NCBI GenBank assembly: GCA_026770705.1 | Contig: JANJGN010000026.1 | Location: forward strand, 35,526,001 to 35,590,000 | DNA from: Isurus oxyrinchus | Lineage: Eukaryota | Length of the DNA: 64,000 nucleotides | Direction: 5' to 3' | In this document: one piece after another, positions 26,002-38,005 of the stretch | How the letters are laid out: each line of letters starts with the position of its first letter | Position numbering within the stretch: the stretch's first letter is position 1 | Program-made: the position numbers and the translations under genes | Notes under the pieces: model-generated | Databases searched by the model: none | Told to the model about the DNA's origin: nothing | What the model saw: the letters and a program-made list of their open reading frames with translations, nothing else

Positions 26002-26144
26002 NNNNNNNNNNNNNNNNNNNNNNNNNNNNNNNNNNNNNNNNNNNNNNNNNNNNNNNNNNNNNNNNNNNNNNNNNNNNNNNNNNNNNNNNNNNNNNNNNNN
26101 NNNNNNNNNNNNNNNNNNNNNNNNNNNNNNNNNNNNNNNNNNNN
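26002..26144. other. Assembly gap
   Basis: Run of N. Confidence 1.
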
Positions 26145-26423
26145 TCTCCTTGCTTATGTTTCGTTTTCTCGTTTATGTACCTATCTAGGTATATGAGAGT
26201 CACATACCTTTGTCTGTCCATATCTTTACTTCGTATGTTCTATAACCAAGTTTTACTTAATATGTTTCTGGGCGCCGTATCTACAGCAACAGCCTTGGAA
26301 TTTTCTAACTTTATCCAGATGGAAGTTTGAAAATGAGAAAGTAACGTTTCTGACCATCGCCGGCATTTCAAAAGGCCCCGTTTGGGTAAAAGTTAAAGGT
26401 GCAGCGGAGAAGGGCAGTGAACA

Positions 26424-26888
26424 AGATATTGTACGGCCCGATCTGCTCTATGTCTCACTGTGTCTGCTTCGCGCAGTGATAGATTCTGGCGTCCTGGACG
26501 GCTGTGTTGTCTATAGAGATGGTGTTGAAATTCTTCACTCGATCAAAGAACAATGCGGAGCGTCCTTCTGTCATGCTCTCCTGATATTAGGAGCCAATAA
26601 GTGTCGGAGCCCCTGACAGTGTTTGCCTGTACCAGGCTACTGTATGACCAGAGCCAATAGAGAGCCGACAGCTCATTCCCGTTCCCCTTCCCGACACACC
26701 ACCTGCTCAGGGTGGGAGCTCTGATCCTCAAACTGAACGGCTGTAAACAGAGGGAAAATTCCACAAACTACGACAGGGTATTAAGAGATTGGTTAGACAA
26801 TGCATCTGACTAGGTAAATAAACTCACACAATATCCAGAGCATCAGGGACCCTATTGTAAACAGGCCTTTGCGGGGGTTTCTGTTCAT
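26424..26888 (-). pseudogene. TCR V pseudogene
   Basis: Frameshifted leader ending |GTGAGT; exon GMSCRLSIGSGHTVAWYRQTLSGAP...QDARIYHCAKQ with stop; CACAGTG 26456-26462, 23-bp spacer, ACAATATCT. Confidence 0.92.
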
Positions 26889-27860
26889 GATGACGAAGAT
26901 GAACAAAAGGCGGATCCATCAGGGTCTGATTTCCAAGCTGGAACTTGCTGCCGAGCCCAGGGTTCGCAATGGTGGAGAGGAGGGGGAGAGCGAGATCTTC
27001 ACATCCTCCTCTTATAGTGAATGACTGATGAGTGATTTTCTCACCAATCGACTTATTATTGGTTGCTGTCATCAGGCGTCATTCAGTGCATCACGCAGGG
27101 ACTGGCTGTCTCAATGCAGAGAACTCTTGACCGGTCACTGGGAATGAATTTTTCCTTCTCTTTACAACAATAGATTATTTTATTTAGGTTGATTGGATCT
27201 CTGGGGTATTTTTAACGTCAATGGTCATCGCTGGCTCAAAATCATTTAATTTAGCAGGGTTGTTTGCTGGTTCCTCATTGCCTGTAAATAATTTTACTCC
27301 TTTGCCTTTAAATCCACATTTGCTTCATATTTGCTTTCTGTACCAGTGCAGTTTATATTTACCACGCCGCCTCAATGCTCTTTGGACACTATAGTTTCAT
27401 TGAATGAGACAAACGTAAACTACATTTCCTGATTGACTTTCACTCCGATATCAATGAGAGAACTCCAGGCTGACATTCACGCCGCCTGGAGGTGTTTACG
27501 CGTAACTGCGCGCTTGCCGAATTTGTGCAATCCTGTATTCACCCCACTGTTCCGCGTTTTACTGCGGAGGGAATGTTTCCTTTAAGGGGAGATTGACCCA
27601 CCAGACATCAAGACCAACAAGATAAAAATATCAGAATGTTGGAGGTAATCAGAGAAACCAACTGTCTGCAGCTCTCCTTGATTGGTGGGGAACTGTCATT
27701 ATCTCCAACAGACCAGCCAATCCTCTCTCGGGTAACCACTCCTCTATTTCTAAAAAAGTGAGATCTGATCCTGATCTGGGTTGCACTTTAATATCAGACC
27801 AGAGGGATCAACATATTTAGAATAACCTGTGGTTTTCTGTTGCGCTCGATACCAGGCACC

Positions 27861-28336
27861 ATGTGCTCCCCATGTTCGTTACTGATAATGATGGTCTTGC
27901 TGCCTGGTCACTCTATGTCTACATTGTCAGTGTGTTTACAGGGGTTATATTTCCTCACTGACTTTTGAAAAATTCTGCATTTGTGTTACGGGAACGAGTG
28001 GCGCGGATTCAGTGTCCCAAGATCCGTCTGAATGAATGATTCTGGAAGGACAGAGCATAGCATTGGACTGCAGTTACTCGACAACGACCCTGCCCAAACT
28101 CTGTCCTGGTACAACCAGCATCCTGGCGAAGCTCTGAGATATTTACTGAAAATATAAAGTTGGGGGATGAAGAGTAGTCTCCAAACTTAACAAACAGGTT
28201 CTCTGTTGATTTGCACATAGGAAACAAAACTGTTCATTAAAATTTCTCCGGGGCTCTTCTCTCCGACAGTGCCGTGTATTTCTGTGCCATAGAACCCAAA
28301 CTGTAAAAGAGATATAGCAGGTCCGGAGCAAAAACC
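27861..28336 (+). pseudogene. TCR V pseudogene
   Basis: Leader MCSPCSLLIMMVLLP; exon DSVSQDPSE*MILEGQSIALDCSYS..WYNQHPGEA...SDSAVYFCAIE, several stops; CAAACTG 28297-28303, 24-bp spacer, GCAAAAACC. Confidence 0.92.
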
Positions 28337-28359
28337 CCACTGGGAATTCCAGTTTGTGC

Positions 28360-28374
28360 TCAGCAGGGGGCGCT
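28360..28374 (+). promoter_or_regulatory. RSS-proximal CTCF motif
   Basis: TCAGCAGGGGGCGCT 23 bp after the nonamer. Confidence 0.7.
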
Positions 28375-29284
28375 CACACACCGCGAAACAGTAGCAATAA
28401 AGCATTCCCCACAGTGAGGGTCACAGGACTTCCTAAAAGATGCATTAAGAACATCAATGTTAGCGGAATTATATTAGCTGATTTCAACTCCAGCTTGTGC
28501 CACAATCGATTTTCATAAATCTATTTGATTACTTTCATTAACTTGTTGCCTTTTGATGCCATTTCTGTGCCTGTCTATTATATTGAACAACCCTTTCCCC
28601 GTCTCCCCTGTCGGTTTCATCGTCCGCGGCCTGTTCACAGGGTTTGTTTGATCAGAGTGTGTTGCTGGGTCGGAGACAGTTTATACACAACGAGCACAGC
28701 TCACCAGGCAGTAACTATAATCTCTAAAACAAATCTCAGGTACAGAGTTCACCCGCTGACCACTGAGCTTCAGAATGTTCCCTTAATGCTGGAAGCTTTT
28801 CTGTCGCTATTAAAATCCCGAGCTTTCTGGTGATAATGAACAGACCAAGGTTTAATTCCACCCACACCTGTCTCGAAAAGTGCAGTTGTTCGTCTATCTG
28901 ACTGTAGTCCAGCTCGGGGTGTTTCATTGTCAGTCAGCTGACCACCGAAGGATGTCACAGACCCATGGAGACAGAAGGAAGTGAGATGAAAGCTACCTGA
29001 GACATAGCAACAATCTATTGAGGGTGGGGATTAGAAGAGGTAAGTCCAAATCTGATTCTGTGATGATATGCCGGTCGAATGGACTCTGCAGTTTGTTCTG
29101 TTGGCCGCTCCTGAAAACAGTTGGTGACAGTTTGATCCGAGGTTAATGTGGTTTTCTTTCCGTTTGTGTCTAAGCGACTGACAGCGCCGCTGAACATTGT
29201 GGCTGTACCTGCCCGAGACTCGATACAACCCTCAACCGACAGGGATTCCCAGAATGGAATGAATGGAGTTTCACGAAGAAGGCC

Positions 29285-29540
29285 ATACATATTGAGAAGT
29301 GATCTAATGATGAAGACCGGACTGAAATGGTTACGCAGGATGGTTCTTCTCTCTGAATGCTGCAGCCCGAGAAATCCTCTGTCAGAGCAGAAATACTGAG
29401 CCCCGCCCCACAGAACTGCTGACCCAAACAATGCCAACCAGAACAGAGGCAGCAATCGGTCCAATAATACAGGGCAGGCAAGGCGGGTCAGAGAGACGGC
29501 TGCAAACGGGAAGCTGTGGGCGGGGCTACAGCAGACTGTT
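29285..29540 (-). pseudogene. Orphan V promoter + leader remnant (30162 family); V exon deleted
   Basis: LRNHFSPVFIIRSLL leader and upstream sequence similar to 30650-30890 and 1810-2040. Confidence 0.75.
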
Positions 29541-30161
29541 ATCACACATCGGACCCATCTGTCAGGAGCTGAAATCAATAATAACAATAATACCACGTTC
29601 CAAAATGATGTAACTCTGTGTCTCTATGAGAACTGCTGTACTTTCACATTCATTCCATACTGGGCAGAACAGGATGAATACAGGCATATCAGGATGAGTA
29701 ATTTATTCAGTAATAAAGGGAATCCACGTCAGCAACTTCGCATAAAACTGGGCCTGAATCTATGGGCAGCTGCGTTAGTCTGAGGTAATTTACAACAAGT
29801 ATCAATGGCCTGAAACATTTAATGTAAAGACTGGAAGAAGAGAATGGCTGAAATTATTCATAACGAGTGAAGGCAGAGACTGAGAAAGAACAAGTCGGCA
29901 GGGAAGGGCATCCACGGAAAAGAAAGGTGTGTGAAAGCACCACAGATCGATTCACGATGTTCATTTTTCTTATAGGCTCGAGTTGAAATCGCACGTTGAT
30001 ATTACTGCTGAAGTGGTCATTGTCGGATCTTGGAGGGGGTTGTGTTTTGTTGCAATTTTGCGATGGTCCCTGAGACTCTCGCTGTGGAGGCGGGATTATT
30101 TAATCTGTTTATTGGTGTCAGCGCACCTTCTGCTGAGCACTAACTGGAACTCTCGGTGTTA

Positions 30162-30697
30162 GGTTTTTGTACTGGATCCGCTATATTTCTGCAGCAGTGT
30201 GGGTTGCGTGGCACAGAAATATACCGCACTGTTAGAGATCAGGACGTTGCAGATCATTAGCTCGGTAATCTTAGCTGTTTTATTCAAAGTAGCTGAAAAG
30301 CGGTCGGGAATGTCGGTGTGTCTGTATACCTCCCCTCCCAGGATACGGAGCATGTACTTTGGAGGCTGCCCAAGGCGCTGACTGTACCAGTACACATAAG
30401 GGTTAGAATTGATTGTTTTCAAGGTGCAAGTTAGGGTAGCATTTCTTTCTTCTTCCGCCGTTATTTCAGCAACCCGTTGTTCCACTGTGTCTGGGTGGCT
30501 CCATTCTAACGTGAAAATATAGTAAAAACAACAATTAGCCTCAGCCTCATTTTAATCAACATAATCATCATCATCAGTTTTTTCTTACCAACAATAGCAT
30601 CTGGGCTACATTGTCAGGAGGAGAATCTAGTTTTTCCAGGAAGGAAATACCTGAGAAGTGAGATAATGATGAGGAGCAGAGCGAGACGGTTCCTCAT
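30162..30697 (-). pseudogene. TCR V with open V exon but phase-shifted leader donor (ORF/pseudogene)
   Basis: Leader MRNRLALLLIIISLL is 47 nt to AG|GTATTT (phase 2); exon from 30505 TVEQRVAE...LTCTLK..YWYSQR...NSAVYFCATQ; CACACTG 30195-30201, 24-bp spacer, ACAAAAACC. Confidence 0.88.
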
Positions 30698-31655
30698 TAT
30701 ACCTCCTGAGTCTGTGACTTTGCGGTGTGAGAAATCCTCTATCGGAGCAGAAATACAGATCCCCGTCCCACTGCACTGCTGATCCAACCAATGACAGGAA
30801 AGGACCAGCTGCAGCAAACTTTCCAATAACACAATCGTTCCGAGCAAAATCAGCAAACGGAAGCTATGGGCGGGATACCGCAGACTCAATATTGAGTGAA
30901 GTGTGCGGTGACTCTCAGCTGCACATGGAACTGGTGGAGCGGAAATAGCGACGGTTGAATCTGCAGAATTCTCTGACCATCCTGCACCTGCTCACTGTTC
31001 CACTGACTGAGAACAAACAAGATGGGAGGGACAGGAAGGGCTTAGAATCTTAGAGGAAGGACTGAGGCAATTCGGCCAATCTTGTCTAGGCCTCATTGAA
31101 AGAGTTATGTAATTCATCATTCGTCCCCGCATGTCCCACAGAGCCGGATATTTTGCAGTGGTTCCAGCTCTAAACAAGTGGCAGTGTAGTAGTGAATATA
31201 ATCTTTCCCTATCTTTTTTGCTCTCAAAATGGTGGCCTTTTATTTTCGAATTTTCTGCTAATGGAAACAGTTATATGCAATCCAATACATCCAACTTCTT
31301 ATCATTTTCAATATTTCGATTAAATGTGTCATTTAATAATTTGGCAGAAGAAGGCTAACATCAGTTTCTCTACCCTGCTCACATTGAAGGCCGTCAGCCC
31401 TGGTGCCATCCCAGTCTACTTTCTCCAATATTTTGACATTCATGTAAATGGCATTTCTTTGGCGGCTAAACAGTGATTTACAAAGGATTATCATTACTTT
31501 CCGCCATAAACATCAACAAAGATAAGGACCGAGTCTGATTAGATCCAATTTGGATTTCTGAGAGAACAGACCTGACATTGGTGTTTTGACATGTGAATCA
31601 GTAAACCCGAAATCCAACCGATGGCCCCAGTTCTCAACCGGATTGAACAGAATCC

Positions 31656-31672
31656 GCCAGCAGAGGGCGCCA
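31656..31672 (+). promoter_or_regulatory. CTCF-binding motif upstream of V promoter
   Basis: GCCAGCAGAGGGCGCCA. Confidence 0.72.
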
Positions 31673-31747
31673 CACCCAAGCGTGCTAATTATAAAGGCAC
31701 GTGCCACCAACGCCACAGTCAATAAGGATGGTATCCTGAGTGAGGTC

Positions 31748-32020
31748 TCTCAGAGTAAGGGGTCGCGAATTTAAGACAGAGATGAAGAGAAATTTCTTCT
31801 CTCAGAGGATGGTGAATCTGTGGAATTGTTTACCACAGAGGCTGGCTCATTAAATATATCCAAGGCTGAGATGGACAGACGTTTAATCAGTAAGGGAATC
31901 AAAGGTTATGGGGAAAAGGTAGGAAAGCGGAGGTGCGGATTATCAGATCAGCCATGCCCTAATTGAATGGCGGAGAAGGCTCGATGGGCCGAATGGCCTA
32001 CTTCTGCTCTTATGGTTTTT
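31748..32020 (+). mobile_element. 5'-truncated CR1 3' end inserted in a V promoter
   Basis: NFFSQRMVNLWN motif plus CR1 3' UTR; absent from the paralogous promoter at about 16250. Confidence 0.85.
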
Positions 32021-32150
32021 TGGTCGCGATGGGCCTGGCCCCCTGCAGTGTGTGGAATGAACAATGAGATGAACAGAGCCCGGGTTTCACCTCTCCTTCT
32101 CAATCTCTGGATCATTCCATTCACATTCACTGAGAGAGATTCACTCAGAC

Positions 32151-32648
32151 GTGTTTCTGATAATACTGGCAGTTGTGTTCGACAGTAAGTACTGGATTAT
32201 GTTTATCGTGGCAGGTTAGCAGATTGATCCAAACAGCTTGTACTGGGAATTAATGTAGGTAACGATAGTTTGGTAAATGGGAATTTACGCACACTCATAG
32301 ACCTGATACAAATTTAGGCCTCTCTTTAAGCTCCTGCTCTTTTCTTAATCTATCTTCACAGACGGACTTGTCCAGATCCAGTAACTCATTCACCAGTGAC
32401 ATTAACTGCGCTAGTTATGTACAGTATAAAATGGTATCGGCAGAAGCCGGCACACCCTTCAAGTTCGGTAATCAGCAAACAAATAGGACTGAAAATAGAT
32501 GAAATCTCAGGACGATATCTGGCGGCTGCTGACGAGTCTAAGAAGTCTGGTTATCTCAATATGAGAGGCCTGAGTGTGGAGGACGGAGCAGACTATTGTT
32601 GTGCTGTGAGGCCGTGTCAGATATAAGCCGAAAACCCGCATAGAAACC
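32151..32648 (+). pseudogene. TCR V pseudogene (inverted paralog of 15606)
   Basis: GTG-start leader |GTAAGT; deletion removes Cys23; KWYRQKP...EDGADYCCAVR; damaged heptamer, 23-bp spacer, ATAGAAACC. Confidence 0.9.
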
Positions 32649-33199
32649 TCAGCAAGTATTTGCTGCTCAGTTAAGTGTTTCTGATGTCGAACTAGGACTT
32701 TAGTTTGTTCTCGGGCTCACAGAGAGCAAAACCTGACAGGTTTGCTTTGAAACATTTGTATTGCTGCCTTTGGCCTTGTCGAAATCAGCAGACAGCCGGC
32801 CTGGGAAATTTTGAGTCTCGGCTCCATGGCCCGAGTTATAACTCTTCAGTAAATATCTCGGAGCTTACCCAGCAAATTGATGTACCAGCAGATGCAGAGA
32901 AAGCTCACAGATATGGAGTAACTATAGCTTATCATTACGGTCTGTTGTTACACACAGTTAACTCAAAGGGATCCAGGGACAATTGCTCGACAATACTCAT
33001 TGCTGTAACAAAACAAAGTGTGTCAAAATCTGGGATTGAATTTAACACATGAAATAGACAATAATTCTTTAAATATTGAATCACCAAGCAGCATGTCCAT
33101 TATCAAAAAGCACCATGGAGGGCACGTATTGCCTGGTATAGACTTCAACAGAAAGTAACTGAATTTCAAAAGGATGTTGAGGTGAGTGGGTGAGGTGAC

Positions 33200-34290
33200 A
33201 TCAGGGCATCAAGGAGCAGTAGCAATACGGGTGTCAATGGGAATCAGGAAGGAAACACTCCGCTGGTTGGAGTCATACCAAGCAGAAATGAAGATGGTTG
33301 TGGTTGTTGACGGATGATCACTGCAGGAGTTCCTAACGTAGAGTCCTCGGCCCAACCGTCTTCAGCTGCTTCATCAATGACTCTCCTTCCATCATAAGGT
33401 GAGGAGTGGGGGTGTTCACTGATGATAGCATAATGTTCAGCACCATTCGTGACTCCTCAGATACTGAAGCAGACCATGTTCAAATGCAGCAAGACCTGGA
33501 CAATATCCAGGCTAGGACTGACAAGTGGCAAGTAACATTCGCACCACACAAGTGCCAGGCAATCACCATCTCCAGCAAGAGAGAATCCAACCATTGTCCC
33601 TTGATGTTCAATGGCATTACAATCACTGAGCCCCCAGTATCAATATCCTGGGGGTTACCATTGACCAGAAACTGAACTGCACTGGCCATATAAATACAGT
33701 GGCTAAAAGAACAGACCAGGGTCTAGGAATCCTGCGGCAAGTAACTCACCTCCTGACTCCCTGTCCACCATCTACTAGACACAAGTCAGAAGTGTGATGG
33801 AATGCTCACCCATTGCCTGGATGTGTGCAGCTCCCACAGCACTAACGAAGCTTGACACCGTCCAGGACAAAGCAACCCACTTTATTGGCACCCCATCCAC
33901 AATCATTCACCCCCTCCACAACCGACGAACAGTTGCAGCTGTGTGTACCATCTCCAAGATGCACTGCAGGAGTTCACCAAGGCTGCTTAGGTAGCACCTT
34001 CCAAACCCTCGAATACTACCATCTAGAACGACAAGGGCAGTAAAAGCATGGGAACAGCAGCATCTGGGAATTTCCCCTCCAAGGAATTCACCATCCTGAC
34101 TTGGAAATATATCGCTTTTCCTTCACTGCCGCTGGGTCAAAGCCCTGGAACTCGTTCCTTAACAGCACTGTGGGTGTACCTACACCACGGACTGCAACAG
34201 GTTCAAGAAGGCAGCTCACCAGCACATTCTCAAGGGGAATTAGGGATGCGCAATGCATTTTGGCCTGGCCAGTATCCTGTAAAATGAACA
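33200..34290 (+). mobile_element. L2/CR1-group LINE, decayed RT 3' part and tail
   Basis: VLGPTVFSCFIND..VFTDDS..MQQDLDNIQA..KWQVTFAPHKCQ. Confidence 0.9.
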
Positions 34291-35862
34291 AAAGTCACAA
34301 TTTAGCGTCCTTCAAGGTAATACTATAATGGAAAGTACAGTCTAGCAGAAGATAACGGATCGGGATAATGGATGTATGAAATATTGCTGTCAGAAATAGT
34401 GATCACGCTCACATGTGGGAAAAAGTAAGATATCCAAGGGTACAATCCCTAAAGTGAAGCTCAGATTCATGTGTCGGATGCTATCCATTTGTATAAAACA
34501 ACTGTCAGAAGATTCAAGCCAAGATAGCCACCAGCTGAAGGAATCGCCGTTGTGTATCAAACTGAGCCCAGCACCAGTTACACTGAGCGAGCCAGATTCG
34601 AGGCTCTGGGACTTGTGTTGACAAAGTGAAGCTGAGACGGAGCTTCGGCATTCATGGTGTCTGAGGTTGAAGGCTGCGAATGCGCCAGACCATCCATTAT
34701 GTGACGTACGTCTGTGGTCTGCGTGACATCACCTTGTAATCTTTGTGACATCCAACAATCAGTGTGATGTCAGTCGGTCTGGGCTGAGGGTCAGAAACAT
34801 CTTTCCAGAAGCTGATCTGGATATTGAGACCTCAGTTTAAGGCAATTAAAAGCTGATCAGAAGCAGGAAAGGCGGTCTAACCTGCAGATTCATTTGGTGA
34901 TGGATCAGTCGGACGGATCGGAATCTGCAGCTTGTTTTCTCGGCCTCTGTTGGAAACATTTGTGACAGTTTCTCCGAGGTGAATGCGGTTTCATCTGGGT
35001 TCGTGTTTGAGCGGCTGTCAGCGCCGATGAACATTGTGGCTGCACCTGCCCTGGATTCTGTACAAACCCCATCTGGCAGGAGCTGTCAGACAAAGCGCGA
35101 AAAATGGAGATGAGACTGCTTTCCATCATAAACTCCAGCTGTGAGCCTTGATCCTGATCAGCTCTTCAGAGTCCACTTTCTCCATTCAGAGAGAGGTGTG
35201 ACTGCTTGAATGGTGCTGTTGCTATTTTCCTGCCTCGCTGATTGCCTGAAAATATGAGTAAGACTGCCCCTGTAAATGCAGCCCGACCGGGACAAGCCAG
35301 TACTAGGATAAAACATAGTTCACCCCATGTAATATCACAGATTATGCTTAAAGCAGCCACTTCTCTTCCATCTAATCATTCGAGGAGTGACAAAATCTCC
35401 ATGACTCAGATCTGAAATCCATACGCAAACAGGAAAACCTGACTGGAGGTTGATTAAAATTGAAATATTGGTTCGGATATGAGACGAACTGTGTTCGTTC
35501 CATAATTAAATTTTCGAAATGCTTCACTTCTCCCCCGTCCCCCAGCACCATTTGAACCCAGTTGCTGGGTGGCTACATTGTACTCGGGGCTTATTTTAAA
35601 GGATGAAAACACAACCTGATGAAATGTCTTCATTTTCTTTACATTGTTTCTGAACCAGCAAAATACTCTCATCAAATAGACACGATGTGCCGGCTTTGAC
35701 AAAGGGACCTAGAAAGAGAGAGTGAAGATCGGGATAGGGCTGCTTAAGAGTTCAGACAGGCGAGGAAAAATCATCGAAAGTCTAAATGTAAATTAGCGCA
35801 ACACAAATTTATTCATGGAATTCATTTTTAGCATATTTGAAAGTTAAAGCCAACTAATATAA

Positions 35863-35997
35863 GTTCTGATGAAGAGTCATACGGACTCAAAACTTTAACT
35901 GTATTCTTCTGCGCAGATGCTGTCAGGCCTGCTGAGTTTTTCCAGGTATTTTTGTTTTTGTTTCAGATTTCCAGCATCCGCAGTATTTTGCTTTTAT
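35863..35997 (+). mobile_element. Penelope pseudo-LTR terminal fragment with decayed hammerhead motif
   Basis: CTGATGAAGAGTCATACGGACTC...; matches the reverse complement of 18532-18653. Confidence 0.8.
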
Positions 35998-36139
35998 ACT
36001 GTAATATAATTCCCCAGTTGCTGCCCGCCCGTTCTTCTTCAGCGCTGCCTTTATTTTGATATTTTATTAAAAGTTTGTGATCCTTTCAGTCCGAGCTATT
36101 GCTTCCGTTTATCGGTGTGAGAGCGCCCTCTTCTGAGCA

Positions 36140-36603
36140 CTAACCGGAACTGGGATCCGCTGTATCTCTGCAGCATGGCACAGAACGATATGGCACTGTC
36201 GGAGAGGAGAACCCCGGCGATATTTAAAGGAATCATTTTATTTCCTTTGTGCAAAACAGCTGAGAACCTGTCTGGGGAATCTGGAGACTTCTCTGCATCC
36301 CCCAAGCGATATATCTTCATTAAATATCTCGGAGCTTCCCCGGGATACTGGATGCACCAGAACAGAGTTGAAACAGCAGCTATCGAGTAATTACAGTCCA
36401 GTTTTATGCTCTGTCCTTCCAGAACCGTTAACTCAGGGGGATCTTGGGAAACTGAATCTTTACCATTTGTTCCTGCAACAAAGCACAGAATGTATCAAAT
36501 ATCTGGGAGTAAAGATAACGCAAGTAATGGACACTGACCATTTAAGCATTGACTCACCGGGCAGCAAGCCATTATTAGCAGTAAGGAACATGGGGAATAC
36601 AGG
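36140..36603 (-). pseudogene. TCR V with open V exon, RSS heptamer and nonamer deleted, damaged leader
   Basis: DSVSQDPPELTVLEGQSIKLDCNYS..LFWCIQYPGEAP...SDSAISFCAM runs straight into the spacer; CTCF-like motif at 36122-36136. Confidence 0.9.
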
Positions 36604-37654
36604 ATGACAGGATTAGAGTTTGGAAGATGTAAGATATAATTGGAAATATGTTGACACTTCTGTTCTGATTGTAAAGAGGAAAGTCGGATCAGGGGCAGGC
36701 TTCACTTATTGAGAAACTTAGGGGCGTGTCCCAGCGACAAGATTGGCTGGTCTCTCAGAACTGATGACAGTTGAGCGCCAATCAATGTTCGCTGTGGACA
36801 AATTATTTCTTCTGACTTTCTCCTCCCTGTCTTTCTCGGCCTCTCTGGATCATTCTTGGTTTCGTGATCTCTCTGTCTCATTTTGCCTTTCAGTCTCCAT
36901 GGATCCATATCCCCTTTCTCTGTTTCTGACCCTTTCTGACAAACACTTTCTCTGCCTCTTTCTGTTTTTCCCGTTTTGTCTGAGGTTCAGAGTGCAGAAA
37001 ATCCAATTTATCCCAGTCTCCCATTTCAATGAGTTCAGAAAAGTGCTCACTTCATAGGAGCAGTTACAGTCGATAAATTATTTAACCGTAGCTCAGAGGC
37101 AGCATTAAAATTAAAACAGTTATATTTAAATCCCAAATATAGCAGGCGCCCTATTGGCATCATTTTTCTGTGTTGATATTTGAGACTCGGCATCCTATTG
37201 GAATCTCAGTTGTTTCAAATTGTTTAAAACAGGCTTATTTTAACCAGTAATGGTTGAGATATTGAAATAAACAATGGAATCGCCAGGATTTAAAATAAAG
37301 CTTGAATTAGCCCGCGTGTATAAGGTCACCTGCACTAAAATGCATTATATTAACAAGAAGAAGAACGCGAGAAATGTGATATAATCATGTAACAGTATCG
37401 TGTTCCTTTAATTGGAGCTCCCTGGTCGTCTCTGTGCGTTTATTGCAGCGGGTATGGGCACGATAACATGGTGTTTATGAGACTGGTCTCGTAATCCAGG
37501 AGGTCAAGTAGCTCTCGGAAATCATCCTTTCCCTATTACGTGCAACATTATGTTATTTTTCTTTCCCTTCCTAGAATTCTTGCTTCTATTTAGAATATTG
37601 TTCATCTTGCTGCATATGTTCCCATTACTGAACCTTCATCTTTTTATTTAACCA

Positions 37655-38005
37655 TTGATGAGATGTGGGCATCGCTGGCAAGCCAGAATTTATTGCTTAT
37701 CCCTAATTGCCCTTGTTGAGAGGGAATTTATGAATCAACTGCATTGTTGCAGGTCTGGAGTCACATATAGGCCAGACCAGGTAAGGGCAGCAGACTTCCT
37801 TCCCTAAAGGACATAGTGAACCAGATGGGTTTTTTATGACAATCAACAATGGTTTCATGGTCATCATTAGACGTTTGATTCAAGAATTTTTTATTGAATT
37901 CAAATTCCACCATCTGCCATAGTGAGGTTCTAACCCGCATCCTCAGAGCATCACCAGGGGAGACCCTCGTCCTCTGGATTACTCGTTCAGCGACTACGCC
38001 ATCGC
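37655..38005 (-). mobile_element. SINE / LINE-tail repeat
   Basis: Similar to 14185-14435. Confidence 0.75.

Noticed and set aside
21622-26330. ORFs containing X runs
   Set aside because: Artefacts of the two N gaps
29015-29596. 193-aa minus-strand ORF
   Set aside because: Spans an orphan promoter/leader fused to a duplicated flank; frame not kept in paralogous copies
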